A stretch of DNA of 64,000 nt from Enoplolaimus lenunculus. Its lineage: Eukaryota. Shown here in pieces: positions 26,965 through 39,808 of this stretch; the first letter of the stretch is position 1, and every line of letters begins with the position of its first letter. Under the pieces are notes generated by a model. That model saw only the letters and a program-made list of their open reading frames with translations. It did no database searches and was not told the DNA's origin. A program made the position numbers and the translations under genes. The stretch covers positions 124,001 to 188,000 of the forward strand of contig JASANG010001414.1 in assembly GCA_030248215.1 (NCBI GenBank). Direction: 5' to 3'.

Positions 26965-26982
26965 TGGAGGTCCCACCGAGAT
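26965..26982 (+). promoter_or_regulatory. Primer-binding site complementary to the tRNA-Gln 3' end
   Basis: TGGAGGTCCCACCGAGAT is the reverse complement of ATCTCGGTGGGACCT-CCA, the 18-nt Gln PBS. It directly abuts the LTR CA. Confidence 0.9.
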
Positions 26983-27150
26983 GGGCGCTGTAAATTGCAG
27001 GCTCACGAATCCGGAGAATTTTGGATTCGCGGTCCGGCGCGACCGCCTAAAGGGGGAATGTGAGTATACGCGCCTTGTGTATGTGTAGAGTGTGTAATGT
27101 TAAGACATACATACTCGAGCACATATACCACCATAGGAAATTAGGATATT

Positions 27151-27223
27151 GGCCGCGTGGTGTAATGGGTAGCGCACTTGACTCGCGAGCGAGAGGTCCG
27201 AGTTTAGATTCCCGGCGTGGCCA
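27151..27223 (+). ncRNA. tRNA-like (pseudo-tRNA) cassette inside the LTR, with Pol III A and B boxes
   Basis: 73 nt. Acceptor stem GGCCGCG/CGTGGCC plus A, A-box TGGTGTAATGG, B-box-like GTTTAGATTCC (GGTTCGATTCC in the other copies). Anticodon and T stems are imperfect. Confidence 0.7.
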
Positions 27224-30189
27224 TATAAATTTAGGAGAAAAATTATGTATATTCGCAGTACTTCAGAGGAAGGGGTCGTCCCGACCGTGCAGTTCTGACA
27301 AGCATAATTTATAAGTGCATTGATAGCAGTGACTGAATTTCTGAAAAATCTTGAAAAGTTTTATCATTCGACCAGTTTATATAGTATTGGACGAAATTTG
27401 TCGAGTTGAATCGAATGGTGTTAAATTTATTGTCATCAGTCCAATATAGGTATTACTCAGCGAGTTATGTTTCAGACTTTGCGCCTCTCAACCTTTTGGT
27501 CGCGGGCCAAAACCTTTATTCGAGAATAACTCAGTACGGAGTAGTACTTATATGCCGAAATAACACCATTATTCAGCTGGAAAAGCAACGTCGAAATACA
27601 TAGGGATATAAATAGTTGAAGTTTTCCACAAGAAATATCCGGTTCAAAAATAGAGTGTTTTGGAACATTCAGAATTCGGAGTGGAATAAAAACTGCGATC
27701 ATGAGAAGCTTAAATACATATAAATTTACAAATTCCAAGTTTTTTGAGCAATAATTTACTGTCAGGCACTTAACGGAAAACAGATAAATTGTCTTGTAGT
27801 CAAGAATATAGTCTGAAATTTTAGACAATTATGTCTTAATGCAGACTACAGGCACCTATGTCTTAAATCCAGACATTAATTGCTTAAAATTTTCAGAAAC
27901 ATGGGTCTGAAATTTTTTAGACTGAGAAGTCCTTAATTTAAGACTGTTTCATGAACAATTAAGAAAAACGTTCTTCAAATATAAGACAAAAATTTCTGAA
28001 ATACAAGGCAAATATGTCTGAAATACAAGACTACGATTTACCAGGGTAAAGACTACAAATTTGAGGGCTAAAGGTGAAACAAATACTTCAGTTTACAATC
28101 TAAGATACGCCCAAGACTTAAACTTAGGTTGGGGTAAGCATGAGCTCAACCCAAAATATCGGTAAAGTTTGATTATTTATATACACCCCTAAGAATATAA
28201 ACGAAGCACAAGCAAATATATGTTTTATAAGGGTAACAGTTTTGTTAATAGACGTTCATGTATTAACCATTAAAATACGAGTATGTCTTGATAATTTAAG
28301 AAAGTAGGAGTCTTGCAATTTCTTGACAATTTATTTTGTGTAAAGACCAACCTCTGAAATCCTTCCCCTGCTCCCCTCCTTGGCTACATGCCCTACTCCA
28401 CTACCTAGCGTAAGTAAATTTTTATTTTTGCTCTCGACTACTATTGCGCGTGCGGCGCTTTTATAGTTAGCAAGGCTTGCACAGCCCCATCAAAATTGTC
28501 TATAGATCCACCCACACCAGCGTAAATGTTGTTTACATGCTCAATGATGCCAATTCCTACATTTAAATATTTCGATGACAACACATCAACGGAAGTTCAA
28601 GTGATATAACACTTATTATTCGCCGTATAGAAATCGTTTGGAACTGGTCATGCAACATCACTCGAAAATCTGTTCTGAATCAAAGTTTAGCCTAAACCGT
28701 AAATCAACCAAGCACAGTGTTGTTCAAAACCAGAACCATTACGTACCTCCAGTATATGCTTGGAGTCCTACTGTGAAGGCCTTTACCACACCACGAGTTA
28801 TCTGGTATGAGCTCGTATACATGGGGATATACTCTCCCGAAAAGTGCGAAAATAGGAAATAAGCACTATTACAGGGTTAAAATGTTTTTCGCTCGTTATG
28901 ACAGCTCCAAAACAATGTTAATATATCTTACCGAAATTCTGGCATCACTTATGATTAGAGGGCGTTTCATACCCGTAGAAGAGAAGGGACCACAAGGGTC
29001 TAAGTCGATCCTGAACAAATTTTGGTCCCCAACCCCGCTTGTTAAATTTGTTTCAAATCCTTGCATACCCCTCTACACAAATTTTTAGCTTTGCCCTACC
29101 TAGTATATTGGGTTGGCTACGAACCAGGAGTCTTGTACGTACACCTAAATACATACTGCTGTGTAAACACCTTCTATGTATATATAACGTACACTTTTAG
29201 TATATCTGTAGTGTTTTCTCTTTCTAAAATTACAGAGTATGAGAGGTTTTTTTATTTTTGAACAAATTCACAAACTATTCACAAGGTTAAATTTTAAAAT
29301 TGAAATATTGAGTTTACATTTTATCGCTTATTATATTTGTGCGAGTGTTGAATATTTTTGTTAATTTTGAGTGCGAAAAATTGAGATTTTTGAAGAGGCT
29401 ATATGAGGTACAACCGGACCAGAGAGACAGAGTAGGGCCAGGAGAGTGCGCTCCGCCGGCAGAATTCCGCCTAGAAAAATTTCAGCCTTGCTTACAAGTG
29501 ATCGAAAATCCTGTATGCCTGCCAGTAGTCCTGAAAATGTTTCAGCCTCCGTAGCCCATTGACCTAGCTACGGGTCTGGGTATTAGGGGCTTTATCAAGA
29601 CAAAAAGGCAGTTTGGTTCAAACAGGCTGGCAATTAATGGGAAGCGGAGGGAGGGCGACGGGAAAACGGATGCCGCCCCCTCTACGGTCAGTTTCGTCAC
29701 CCTGATCGGAAGTTTATTATCTTTAATAGTAAAATTCTATGTTAGAAAACTTTTTTGCCCCTCTGAAAATATTCTTACCCCTCTGCGAAGAATTGATGGC
29801 TGAAGCGTTACATTTGAAGGTTGTATCTGTGAAGGTATCTGACAAGTAGTTGCTCTATATTGGAACGCTTCGTTGTGGCATTCGTTATAGGGTTTCGTGG
29901 CAGTAAAGTTGAAACCCCCGCCGGTAAGGCATGCGGCCCCCTCTACGCGCTCCTAAAATTGTTTTACCCCTACTAACATGTTGATCTGCTTATGGGGGCT
30001 GTTGCTAAGTTGACGGCTATAGGGTCCTTTCCGTTAGGCACAAAGAATCGGTCTTTTGTTCGAGTTTGTTAGGCACAATGTTTGTGTTCAACTGTGACCA
30101 TTCATTATGTTATCGGCCAATGTTAACCTAAAAGCCACTCCCATTTTCCCGGGACAGAAATGTACCAGGAGTACATTCCAAAAATATAA

Positions 30190-31268
30190 TTGGGACAACG
30201 GGACAGTTGGGACAGATGGGACAGATGGAACAGATGAGATAGATAGGACAGATGGAACAGTTGGGACAGTTTGGACAGATGGGTCAGTTTGGACAGATGG
30301 GACAGTTTGGACAGACGGAACAGTTGGGACAGATGGATAGATGGGACAGTTGGGACAGATGGGACAGATGGGACAGATGGAACAGATGGAACAGATGGGA
30401 CAGATGGGACAGTTGGGACAGATGGGACAGTTCGGACAGATGGGACAGTTGGAACAGATGGGACAGCGGGGCAGTTGGGACAGATGGGACAGTTGGGACA
30501 CATGGGACAGATGGGACAGTTGCGACAAATGGGACAGTTGGGACAGTTGGGACAGTTGGGACAGATGGGACAGTTGGGACAGTTGGGACAGTTGGGACCA
30601 AAAGACAGACGGGTCAGTTTGGACAGATGGGACAGTTGGGACAGATGGGACAGTCGGGACAAATGGGACAGATGGGACAGATGGAACACTTAGGACAGAT
30701 GGGACAAACGGGACAGATGGGACAGTTGGGACAAACGGGACAGATGGGACAGTTGGGACAGATGGGACAGCTGGGAGAGTTGAGCAGATGGGACAGTTGG
30801 GACACTTATATATGGGACAGTTGGGACACTTTGGACAAATGGGACAGTTGAGACAGACGGGGCAGTTGGGAAAAACGGGACAGATGGGACAGTTGGACAG
30901 ATGAGACAAATGGTACGGTTGGGACAGATGGGACAGTTGGGACAGATGCGACAGTTGGACAGATGGGACAGTTGGGACAGATGGGACAGTCGGGACAAAT
31001 GGGACAGTTGGGACAGATGGGACAGATGGGACAGCTGGGACAATTGAACAGATGGGTCAGTTGGGACATTTGGGACAGATGGGACAGTTGGGACAGATGG
31101 GACAGTTGGGACAGATGGGACAGTTCGGACAGATGGGACCGCTGGGACAATTGGACAGTTGGGACACTTGGGACAGATGGGACAGATGGGACAGTTGGGA
31201 CAGATGGGACAGATGGCACTGATGGGACAGTAGGGACAGTTGGGACAGATGGGACAGTTGCGACAGTT
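30190..31268 (+). repeat. 9-bp minisatellite (TGGGACAGA/TGGGACAGT)n, ~1.1 kb
   Basis: Seen directly. It explains the many repetitive ORFs in all six frames. Confidence 0.95.
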
Positions 31269-31803
31269 TCAGGTTAAAATTTTATGGCACTGGTAGAACT
31301 GCGAAGAATCTACGGCAACCTGTCGCCCAACAACTCGTCGATCAACATTTCATTTCGTCGGCTCTGACAACTAATCGCTCCGACACGTCATGTACCTGAT
31401 CGTTTGTTACCCTGACATCTCGTCGACATGACAAACTATCTTGTTGACGAGTTGTTGTACCGGTTTGTTGGGCAGAGAGTTGTCGGGGTTGACGAGATGT
31501 CGGGTTAATGGTGACTTGTGAGTTGTCGGTCGGCGAGTTGTCGGGCAACGAATTGTCGAGATGCCAACTTTGATTGCAATGTTGCATTCTGATTTTATTT
31601 GTATACTGCAAAAAAGGGTGAGTCAAATCGATTCTCTACGAAATAGGCTATTCATGGCTACACAAACTGAGTCAAACTCGACTCAATTTGACTAGCGGAG
31701 TCGAATTTGGACTCAGTTTGTCTAGTCCCCTTGAGCCTATTTCGGAGAGATTCAATTTGACACACCATTTTTTACAGTGTAAGCAGATTTTCTGTTTAGC
31801 TCG

Positions 31804-34800
31804 ATGACCATAACATATACAGTATCGCCATTGCATGGTGGATTCTTTTCGTTACTATTTCGTTGGCGTGGCAGTATCTGGAAGCATATTTGGCGAAAAT
31901 TGCTAGTATTCAGTGCGATTTATACTGCGATTAGTTTAACGTTTCGATACGCGTTAACCAAAGACCAACAACGTACCTTTAAATCAGTGTCTGAGTATTT
32001 TAATGTTACCACGAAACAGTTGCCGTTGACGTTTTTGCTTGGATTTTATGTGAGTCAAGTGGTCAAACGATGGTATGAACAGTATAATCAAGTTACCCGA
32101 TTGGACGGATTTATGGTGCTTATTAGTTCAATTATTCGAGTAAGTTGTACGAATCTTGTGTTCGCTCATGTAGGACTAGAGTGACCAATCTAAAGCGAGA
32201 CTTGGGGGCTTGTTTTTAAAAATCATGAATCCGCTTGTGACTTGAGTACTGTAGTGACCCGAACAAGAGGGGACTGATATTTATTTGACCTCGCCAGAGG
32301 GAACCCCTCTTGCTATTCGGTTACGAACTGTTATTTATTTTCAACCCACGTTCCGCCGCCCTTCGTTACTGATATATATCCGGTAGTGCAATTATCCGTT
32401 GAATTAAACGTTTATTTGTCATGCGTCAATAGCTTGATCGACAATACAAGGTTATACTTAGGAATGTACTTTCAAAATTTAAGTACGCTTTAAAGTTTCG
32501 ATCTCAAATTATTTGGTCTTGGAGTCATTTATGCGCAACAATTAGTGTTCATCGACATTTATGGACTCGAATTAGGGTTTATTGACTCTATCCGCTTACG
32601 GACTCTTAATAGGGATACGGACTCCAATTGGTTCGGACTCAAAATGGGGACCCCCTCTTATTACCCCTCCTCCTCTTATTCAGGTCAATATAGTATATAC
32701 GCAACAAATTATATATTATATATATTTTTTATTTATTTATTTATTTATCTATTCATTATAAAGTTTGGTTCCGTACTGGTTGAGTTGCTCAGACGCAACT
32801 TAAATTGACGCTTGTCACTGAATGGAGTACGTGAAGACAGAAAGTAGTCTTTGGATACACTTAAATTACACATTCTCCGTATTAAAACGTTTCCATTGTA
32901 TTCCCCGTTGTGTCAAACGAACGTTGTCCAATCTGACGCGTTAACCTCAACATTTAGCGAAATGTTATAGCGTATAGCAGAAAAAAAATCAAATTTAATA
33001 TATAATTTCGGTGTCCAAGAGACAGTTCAACGATTCTCGGTGTAACTGACTTCAATGTAGTTAGTCCTCCAAGAACAATTAATAAAAGGTCCAATGTATT
33101 AAGCTTCCGGAGCATTCGCCTACGGATAGACAGATTTATACTCCTGCTTAACATTAATTTCTTGCTCAGGTTAGATTTAAGTTTAGATTCATACTTAGTG
33201 TTCCGTAGGTGTTCTTCGTAAATATATACAATTTTTAACGTCATTTTCTAGTAAAACATCTTAATTTCCACCTACCAAATTTAATACCGTAATTTTTAAT
33301 TATGTAAAAATTTACCGGAACCGGAAGGTGAAAAAATGCCGGAACCGGAATTTCGGTTGCACCCCAATATATATGTTAACTATGCAGCAATTCTAAGGGA
33401 CAAAACGAAATTCGAACGCGCATTATTCGTCGAACACTGGCGCGATATGCAAATTTGGCATGCATTATGGTGTGGCGCGGCATTGTGTTACGGGTCAAAA
33501 AACGCTTTCCAAAAGATTCTCATCTGATGGTCGCCGGGCTGATGACCGAAGAAGAAAAAACGGAATTTGACGAAATCTGCATGCCTACATCGTCGCATTT
33601 GGTGCCTCTGATGTGGATGATAAATATAGTAGGTCAGTTTGATGCGTACAAGGTTTGTTTCGCTGACCTTTAAATATACGTTAACGAAATACACCTTGTC
33701 TTATGAAGTCAATTGCGTTAATGTAATATGCTCTCGTTTCAAAACCGACCACGGAATCCCGAAACCAGTCGATTAAATGCAAAATGTTTTTCAGGTTTGC
33801 AATCTGCGTTTCATATTCGCCGCCAGAATGCTGAGTTTAGGACCCACATTTTCAAATGTATATAGCAACTATCATCAGTTAGTAATAGGTTTTCAAACTC
33901 ACTAGCTATTGCCGTTGTTGAACTCAAAATTGGTGCAGGAGTAGAGTAAATCATATGCGAAAATGTGATGAATTTTGAGTCTTAGTATTCACTGGTTCGA
34001 AAGTTACAGGGCCTGTCATCAACTGGTGATAGGTGCTTATTACACCCTTGAAAATGCGAGCAATGGTATGCAAGTGGGGCATGGGCGTAGCCGCAAGTTT
34101 TGTTTGGGGGGGGCTATTGAAATACTTTAAATATATAGTGTGTTAATCAATTTTCCTCAATAAGCATGTGCAGCAGAGTGCAAAACGGAAAAAGCATCAA
34201 CAACTAGTGTGTGGGAGCGAAACAGCACAGGGCATCCTAGTTTCAATTTATTCAAAAATGAAATTTTTCTAAACCATTGTGGGGCCATGGCCACCTTGCC
34301 CCCCTTGGCTACGCCTTGGAAGTGGGGCTTTTGACCAACACGTATGATAGGTGACCACCAGGGTGCATCCAGAATTATAAAATACCGGAGCGGGAACCGG
34401 AAAGTTAAAAAATACCGAAATCGGAACCGAAAAATAAAAATACTTGTTACCGAAAAATTCATTTAAAAGCCATTTTATTACTTTTAATGCTGTAAATACG
34501 CCACAATGCCAAAACCTAAAACAATAAAGCAGTATGTGGAAACATAAGATAAATTGTGGAGTATGGTACAAATTGAAAATTTTGGCAATACACCCTCAGA
34601 AAATTTTCGAAAAATAAGTTAGAATTATGCCAATTTTTTAAATTTTTGAATGAGAAGTTTTCAATACCGAAAATACCGGGAAATTCCGGTGAAAAAGTAC
34701 CGCATTTACTATCGGAACCGGATAGTGAAAAGTACCGAATTTTCCTACCGTAACCGGAATTCCAGTTGGACCCTCCGATTTTAACTTATCAATGCTCAAT

Positions 34801-37782
34801 GCCACAGGTGTTGGTAAAACACAAATGCTCTTGCCAATGTATAAAACAGAACCATAGCTGTAGTGTAATCGTATTAGCCTAAGCCTAAGCCTAAGCAAAA
34901 AATTAGTCCAATGTTTAAGCTTACTCTATTGCAGTACCACAGAAAAACGTCACACCCCTGACCTTTACATGTGCTAACGCTTTGAGTCATGCATTTCAGC
35001 AAAATGCTACGAAGAAGGTATGATCACTGATTATCAAATGGACAGAATTGTCACTGAAATCAACGGAATTCGCTCACAGCTTGGAACACTGTCCCGGTTT
35101 GATTGGATCCCGATTCCATTAATTTATACACAAGTCGCGACGTTGGCTACTTATGGATATTTTGCAGTTGCTACTATTGGACGCCAGTTTGTGGTAAGGA
35201 ATTGGCGTACGGGTCTTTTTGTGATAGTTTGGAGGATGGACCTGTTGCTTGAAAAGGGAACGAAACCATTAGAATCAGTTGTGATAGCAACATCGTTTAT
35301 AACAGCGTCAGTATAGCAACTAAAACATCGGGAAATGATGAAAAAAATTTATTTCTGGTAATAGATGTTCTTAAAAAAAAAATTTATTTCTCGTAATAGA
35401 TGTTCCGATTTGAAAAAATTAATAATTGTATACTCGAAATCCAATGGGAAAAATTGGTTTAGATAACACGGCAATTTGAAAAGTTATTGATTTATGTTTA
35501 AATCCAATACTAGCTGGCTTTTTATAAGTTAATACTTTTTATTACATTTTAGCATATTTTTTGCAATTTTATAGGATGACGAAGACGGCATTGATCTGTA
35601 CGTTCCAGTTCTGACACTGCTTGAATTTGTGTTCTATATGGGATGGCTGCAGGTCGCCGAAGATTTATTTAGTCCGTTTGGCGAAGACGATGAAGATTAT
35701 GAAATGAATTATATCATTGACAAAAATGTTCAGGTATTGAATTGTATGGCGGAGATACGAATCTGGACCCCCCTTTGATTTTGATAAAAAGTGGTCCATC
35801 CTATAGATCTCGACGAGCTGAATTCAACAATACCATTTTTATGGCTGCATGACCAACGGTTCAGAAGATATGGCCCTTGATATTAGTGCAATCACGCACA
35901 GATTGGAACAGCAAGAATCTATCATTCGCATTTTCGTAAAATATAAGCTTAACCAGGTTTACTCTTTAGACAAACTTGATTGTTTGCCCGTGTTTTATAT
36001 GGTAAAAAGTTAAAATTCAAATGGCCGTAAATATAGAAGCGGTGATCCTAATGCGCCAAATATGGCACCGTTGGACCCAGCGCGCCGAAATCTAAAAATC
36101 GAACTATTTTTTATTAAATTCCTAGGGGGTTCATATTCCGTACCTCCGCCGAATTAAATTACGTTGTAAAACCAAACGCTAAACTTTTGGTTGAATTTTT
36201 CGTTGAGGCCGCCATGCTGCAAACTTAACGTTTTAATAAGATTGTGAAATTTTGGTGGGTTTATGGTACCCAGTAAGGCCGGTAACCAGCTGTGATTTTG
36301 TTAGCGTGCCTCAAAAAATTCCAGTAAAATACGCGTGTAGATTGCACATAAAATTTATACACGAAGCTATAACTTTTCCAAAGGAATGTGACCATTTTTC
36401 AACGAGGGTAGAGCGCGTCTGCCCCACCGTGTCTACTCGTCCGTATATCGTCGTTCTAGAACGAGTGAAACAAAACTCAACCGCTACGGGTGCCTTTATT
36501 GGGCAAATGGCGTTTTGAAAATAGACGAAAATTCCTTTTTAATTTTAGAAAAGTTTTCTCATCGTCGATACTCTACACGGACGAATTGGTTCACTAACCA
36601 AAGATTTACACTGGTCGACGAAAATTGTTACGCTGCCGCACACCGTTGCGTCATCGCGAGTCACCGAGCATACGTTTCCAGGCCACTTGAAAAAGTATCG
36701 TTTGACTGAAAAACAAATGATTGTCGTCGAACCACAGTTTGCTAAAGGTAGGTTTTGTTTCACTGCTTCACTATAATAAAATTACTGTAGTGACCCGAGG
36801 AAGAGGGGGGACTGATATTATTTGCCCTCTCCAGAGGGTACCCCCCTTGTTATTCGGTTACGGACTGTTATTCATTTTTAACCCGCGCTCCGCCGCCCTT
36901 CGTTTCTGATATATATCCGGTACTGCAATTATCCGTTGAATTAAACGTTTATTTGTTCGAACTCAAATTATTTGGTCCCGGAGTTATTTATGCGCTGCTA
37001 ATTGACATTTATGGACTCTAATTAGGGTTTAGGGACTCTATCCGCTTACGGACTCTTATTAGGGATACGGACTCCTATTGATTCGGACTCAAAATGGGGA
37101 CCACCTCTTATTACCCCCCTCTTATTCGGGTCAATACAGTAATTGAATGAATGAGGCTCATGTACACTTTCTTCCGCATTTAAAGTTAAATTTAGGCAAA
37201 AACATTAGGGTTAGATCTAGGTAAGCTTTCGCTAAACATTACAAGAGCCTTTAAATGGTAGAATGATTATTTATATTTATACATATTTATTTCTGGCCCG
37301 CGAAAATTCTTTCAATTATTCTTTCATTGCTGAAACACTTTGTTTCTTAATTTGTAGATGTATATTACGCGCAAGGCTGGCAGTAAATCCAAAAATCCAA
37401 AAATTTAACTTTAGGAATACAACGGCGCCGTTCCGCGATGCGTGGCGAAGTCCGGTGGCGCGCTGCAGCGGGCGGCCAAAATTTTTTACGGTGTGCGCGC
37501 CAGCGTCTGGCGGCGCGCGTCGGCCGTTTTTCATTTACTACCACATTTTCTTACTTAATTGTTTACTAATTTTTTTAAAAATTATTTTCAGCCGAAGGAC
37601 CCGAAACATCAGTATTCGAACGCTTGCGTCTGTCGCGATTTGGGAAATGCTTCCGAGGTGAAGAAGAAGCAATCGACGAATCATCACCAGTTGCTTCCAA
37701 CGATAAACCAAACAATCAACAACCAGCAACAACGATTAAAACTGGCGAAACTGAACGGCTGACATTTGTTGACGATGCGTAA
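31804..37782 (+). CDS. best: Bestrophin-family chloride channel
   Basis: Exons 31804-32139, 33398-33632, 35000-35193, 35575-35733 and 36549-36747, with a probable last exon at 37592-37782 (3' end uncertain). Motifs: [72 protein letters not shown] and [12 protein letters not shown]. Confidence 0.93.
32249..32693. mobile_element. TA-flanked MITE family C (Tc1/mariner-like) in bestrophin intron 1
   Basis: TIR ctgtagtgacccgaacaagagggg / cctcttattcaggtcaatatag with TA on both sides. Confidence 0.85.
33863..34038. mobile_element. Small MITE; other copies at ~50995-51190 and partial at ~54325-54381
   Basis: TIR agcaactatcatcagtt / aactggtgataggtgct with a shared body across copies. Confidence 0.65.
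35748..36150. mobile_element. MITE in bestrophin intron 4
   Basis: TIR ggcggagatacgaatctggaccccc / gggggttcatattccgtacctccgcc. Imperfect 9-bp flanks gaattgtat and gaattaaat. Confidence 0.65.
36785..37139. mobile_element. MITE family C in bestrophin intron 5
   Basis: TA|ctgtagtgacccgaggaagaggggg...ccccctcttattcgggtcaatacag|TA. Confidence 0.88.
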
Positions 37783-39059
37783 AAAGCGATCGCGATTTCT
37801 GACAATGCTGGACTAAAACTGATCTCTTGCACTGTATTTCGAATGCTGAGGGCTGAGCCTATAACTTTAATGCTGTTGCTGCGGACGCTCAAATTTTCGA
37901 CGTACGCATGTGAAAGATGTACGAACCAATGAGAATTACATAAATCCCGGCTTGTAGACTTTTCATATTATGATTCTACCTACAAGAGTCCTTCAGAAAA
38001 AGTTTGCTGCAGTTGCGGGAAGACTCGAACTTACAACGTGTGCGATAAGTTGTATTGACCAGTGATTTAGGCCCAAAGGCGGAACGTTTTTCTGGCGTGA
38101 ATGCAATACAGTATAAGCTTAAGATTTAGGCTATTTTTTGCTTCGGTTTGCGGTTAGGCTTAGAAACATGCTTGTACTACTGTAACAACCCTGTTCTATA
38201 CATTGATCATTATTTGTTCGTCGGACATTGGGACGTTTCTTGTTGATTCCGACTATATTTAGCGACAATGCTTCACCAAAACTTGCTGTGGCTATGGTGA
38301 GCATCGAGTTTTACGACGTATATGACTGTTGCAAGGACTACCGATTAATCTGCCAGATATTTTACGCTATGTATCGAACTGTAGAGCCCTTCACGAAAAT
38401 CTTCGCACGGTTGCAATTTAACCAACAACGTATGTTTTCTCCAAGTTTATCGAGTATTAGGGATATCTTAGCTGGATTCAAAGATAATATCAAAACATTG
38501 GTACGGTGTTTTGAGAGTTTAAACTGCTGTAGCAATATTTTTGTATTTTTATACTCAATTTTGTACATCTTTAATTTGAAATAAACTGTGTTTTATGTTG
38601 CTGAATTTAAATGCAACCGTGTTTGCTTGTAAAAAACTCTTAAGCGTACACTATAAATAGTAAAGCGATTTATGTACAATATGTCTGAAATACTTATACT
38701 TGTATACGGCAATTGCACTTAAAACGAAAAAATCAAATTAGCAGTGGTTATACCAAATTGTTGATTATCCTACCCTGTAGCAGCCATAGATTGTCCCGCA
38801 GTCTGATGGTTGGGACGGCTCATGTTACGATGAAGGCCGTCCCATTGTCCTGGGTTATCAATATACTTAGAATGCAAACATGTGCACTCCTGAGCAGGAT
38901 AAAGTGTTCCAATAATGAACTGCATACAACCAATACTTTTCCTAAATCATATTCACTTTTTGAGAAAACATCGGAAAGAGCAAAAGCATTTAAACTGTTG
39001 AATTTCAAAATATAACGTTCAGATTAAAATGAACTATTTTAAGCGATAATAAAAGGTTA

Positions 39060-39497
39060 CTGTATTGACCCGAATAAGAGGGGGGCTGATATTTATTTGG
39101 CCTCTCCAGAGGGTATCCCTCCTTGTTATTCGGTTACGGACTGTTATTTATTTTTAACCCACGCTCCGCGGCCCTTCGTTACTGATATATATCCGGTACG
39201 GCAACTATCCGTTGAATTAAACGTATTCGTCTCGTTTCAGTAGTTTGAGCGATAATAAAAGGTTATACTTAGGAATGTACTTTCAAAATTTAAGTACGCT
39301 TAAGTTTCGAACTCAAATTATTTGGTCCTGGAGTCATTTATGTGCTACAATTAGGGTTAATTGACATTCATAGACTCTAATTAGGGTTTAGGGACTCTAT
39401 CCGCTTACGGACTCTTATGAGGGATACGGACTCTTATTGATTCGGACCCAAAATGGGGACCCCCGCTTATTACCCCCTCTTATTCGGGTCAATACAG
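39060..39497. mobile_element. MITE family C, intact copy nested in an older family C copy
   Basis: Perfect 25-bp TIR ctgtattgacccgaataagaggggg with TA duplication. The flanks rejoin as the internal family C sequence aaaaggt-ta-tac. Confidence 0.9.
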
Positions 39498-39808
39498 TAT
39501 ACAAGAACGTACTTTCAAAACTTACTCATCATGCTTTAAAGTTTCGAATTCAACTTTATTTGGGGGCCTAGAGTAGTTTATGCACTACAATTAGGAGAAG
39601 AAAATTTACTGGTAACTAGCACAAACATTAATAAAGCAAGGTATAAGAATTACCAAATAGGAAAAGCACAATAACGTTTTTGTTGCGCACAGTCACAAAA
39701 CCAATTCAAAATTTGTGTTTCATACTTAAAAAAATCACAGCAAACATCGAAATCCTAACGGGTTTATGTCTTGTATAACTATATGACTGAAGATAACCAA
39801 AAATGTCT

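Larger units (their letters stand above)
26851..27300 (+). mobile_element. TRIM family 1: 5'-truncated LTR (26851-26964), PBS-Gln, internal region, PPT and complete LTR (27059-27300) containing a tRNA-like cassette
   Basis: The LTR end ...gcagttctgaCA is followed directly by TGGAGGTCCCACCGAGAT. PPT aaagggggaa (27049-27058) precedes a 242-bp TG...CA LTR. The internal region is only 94 bp. Confidence 0.88.

Noticed and set aside
27151..27223. Functional tRNA gene
   Set aside because: The T and anticodon stems are mismatched, the anticodon position differs between copies (CGC vs CAC), and it is embedded in an LTR.
30190..31268. CRISPR-like array
   Set aside because: No unique spacers and no cas genes, and the context is eukaryotic.
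30088..31277. Many long repetitive ORFs (CPNCPI, GQMGQL, VPSVPT) resembling metallothionein, collagen or antifreeze proteins
   Set aside because: All six frames are open because the 9-bp unit has no stop codon. There is no splice or signal evidence for coding.
37358..37490. Extra bestrophin exon(s)
   Set aside because: The candidate acceptors at 37358 and 37415 give an early stop or a phase mismatch. This cannot be resolved without RNA data.
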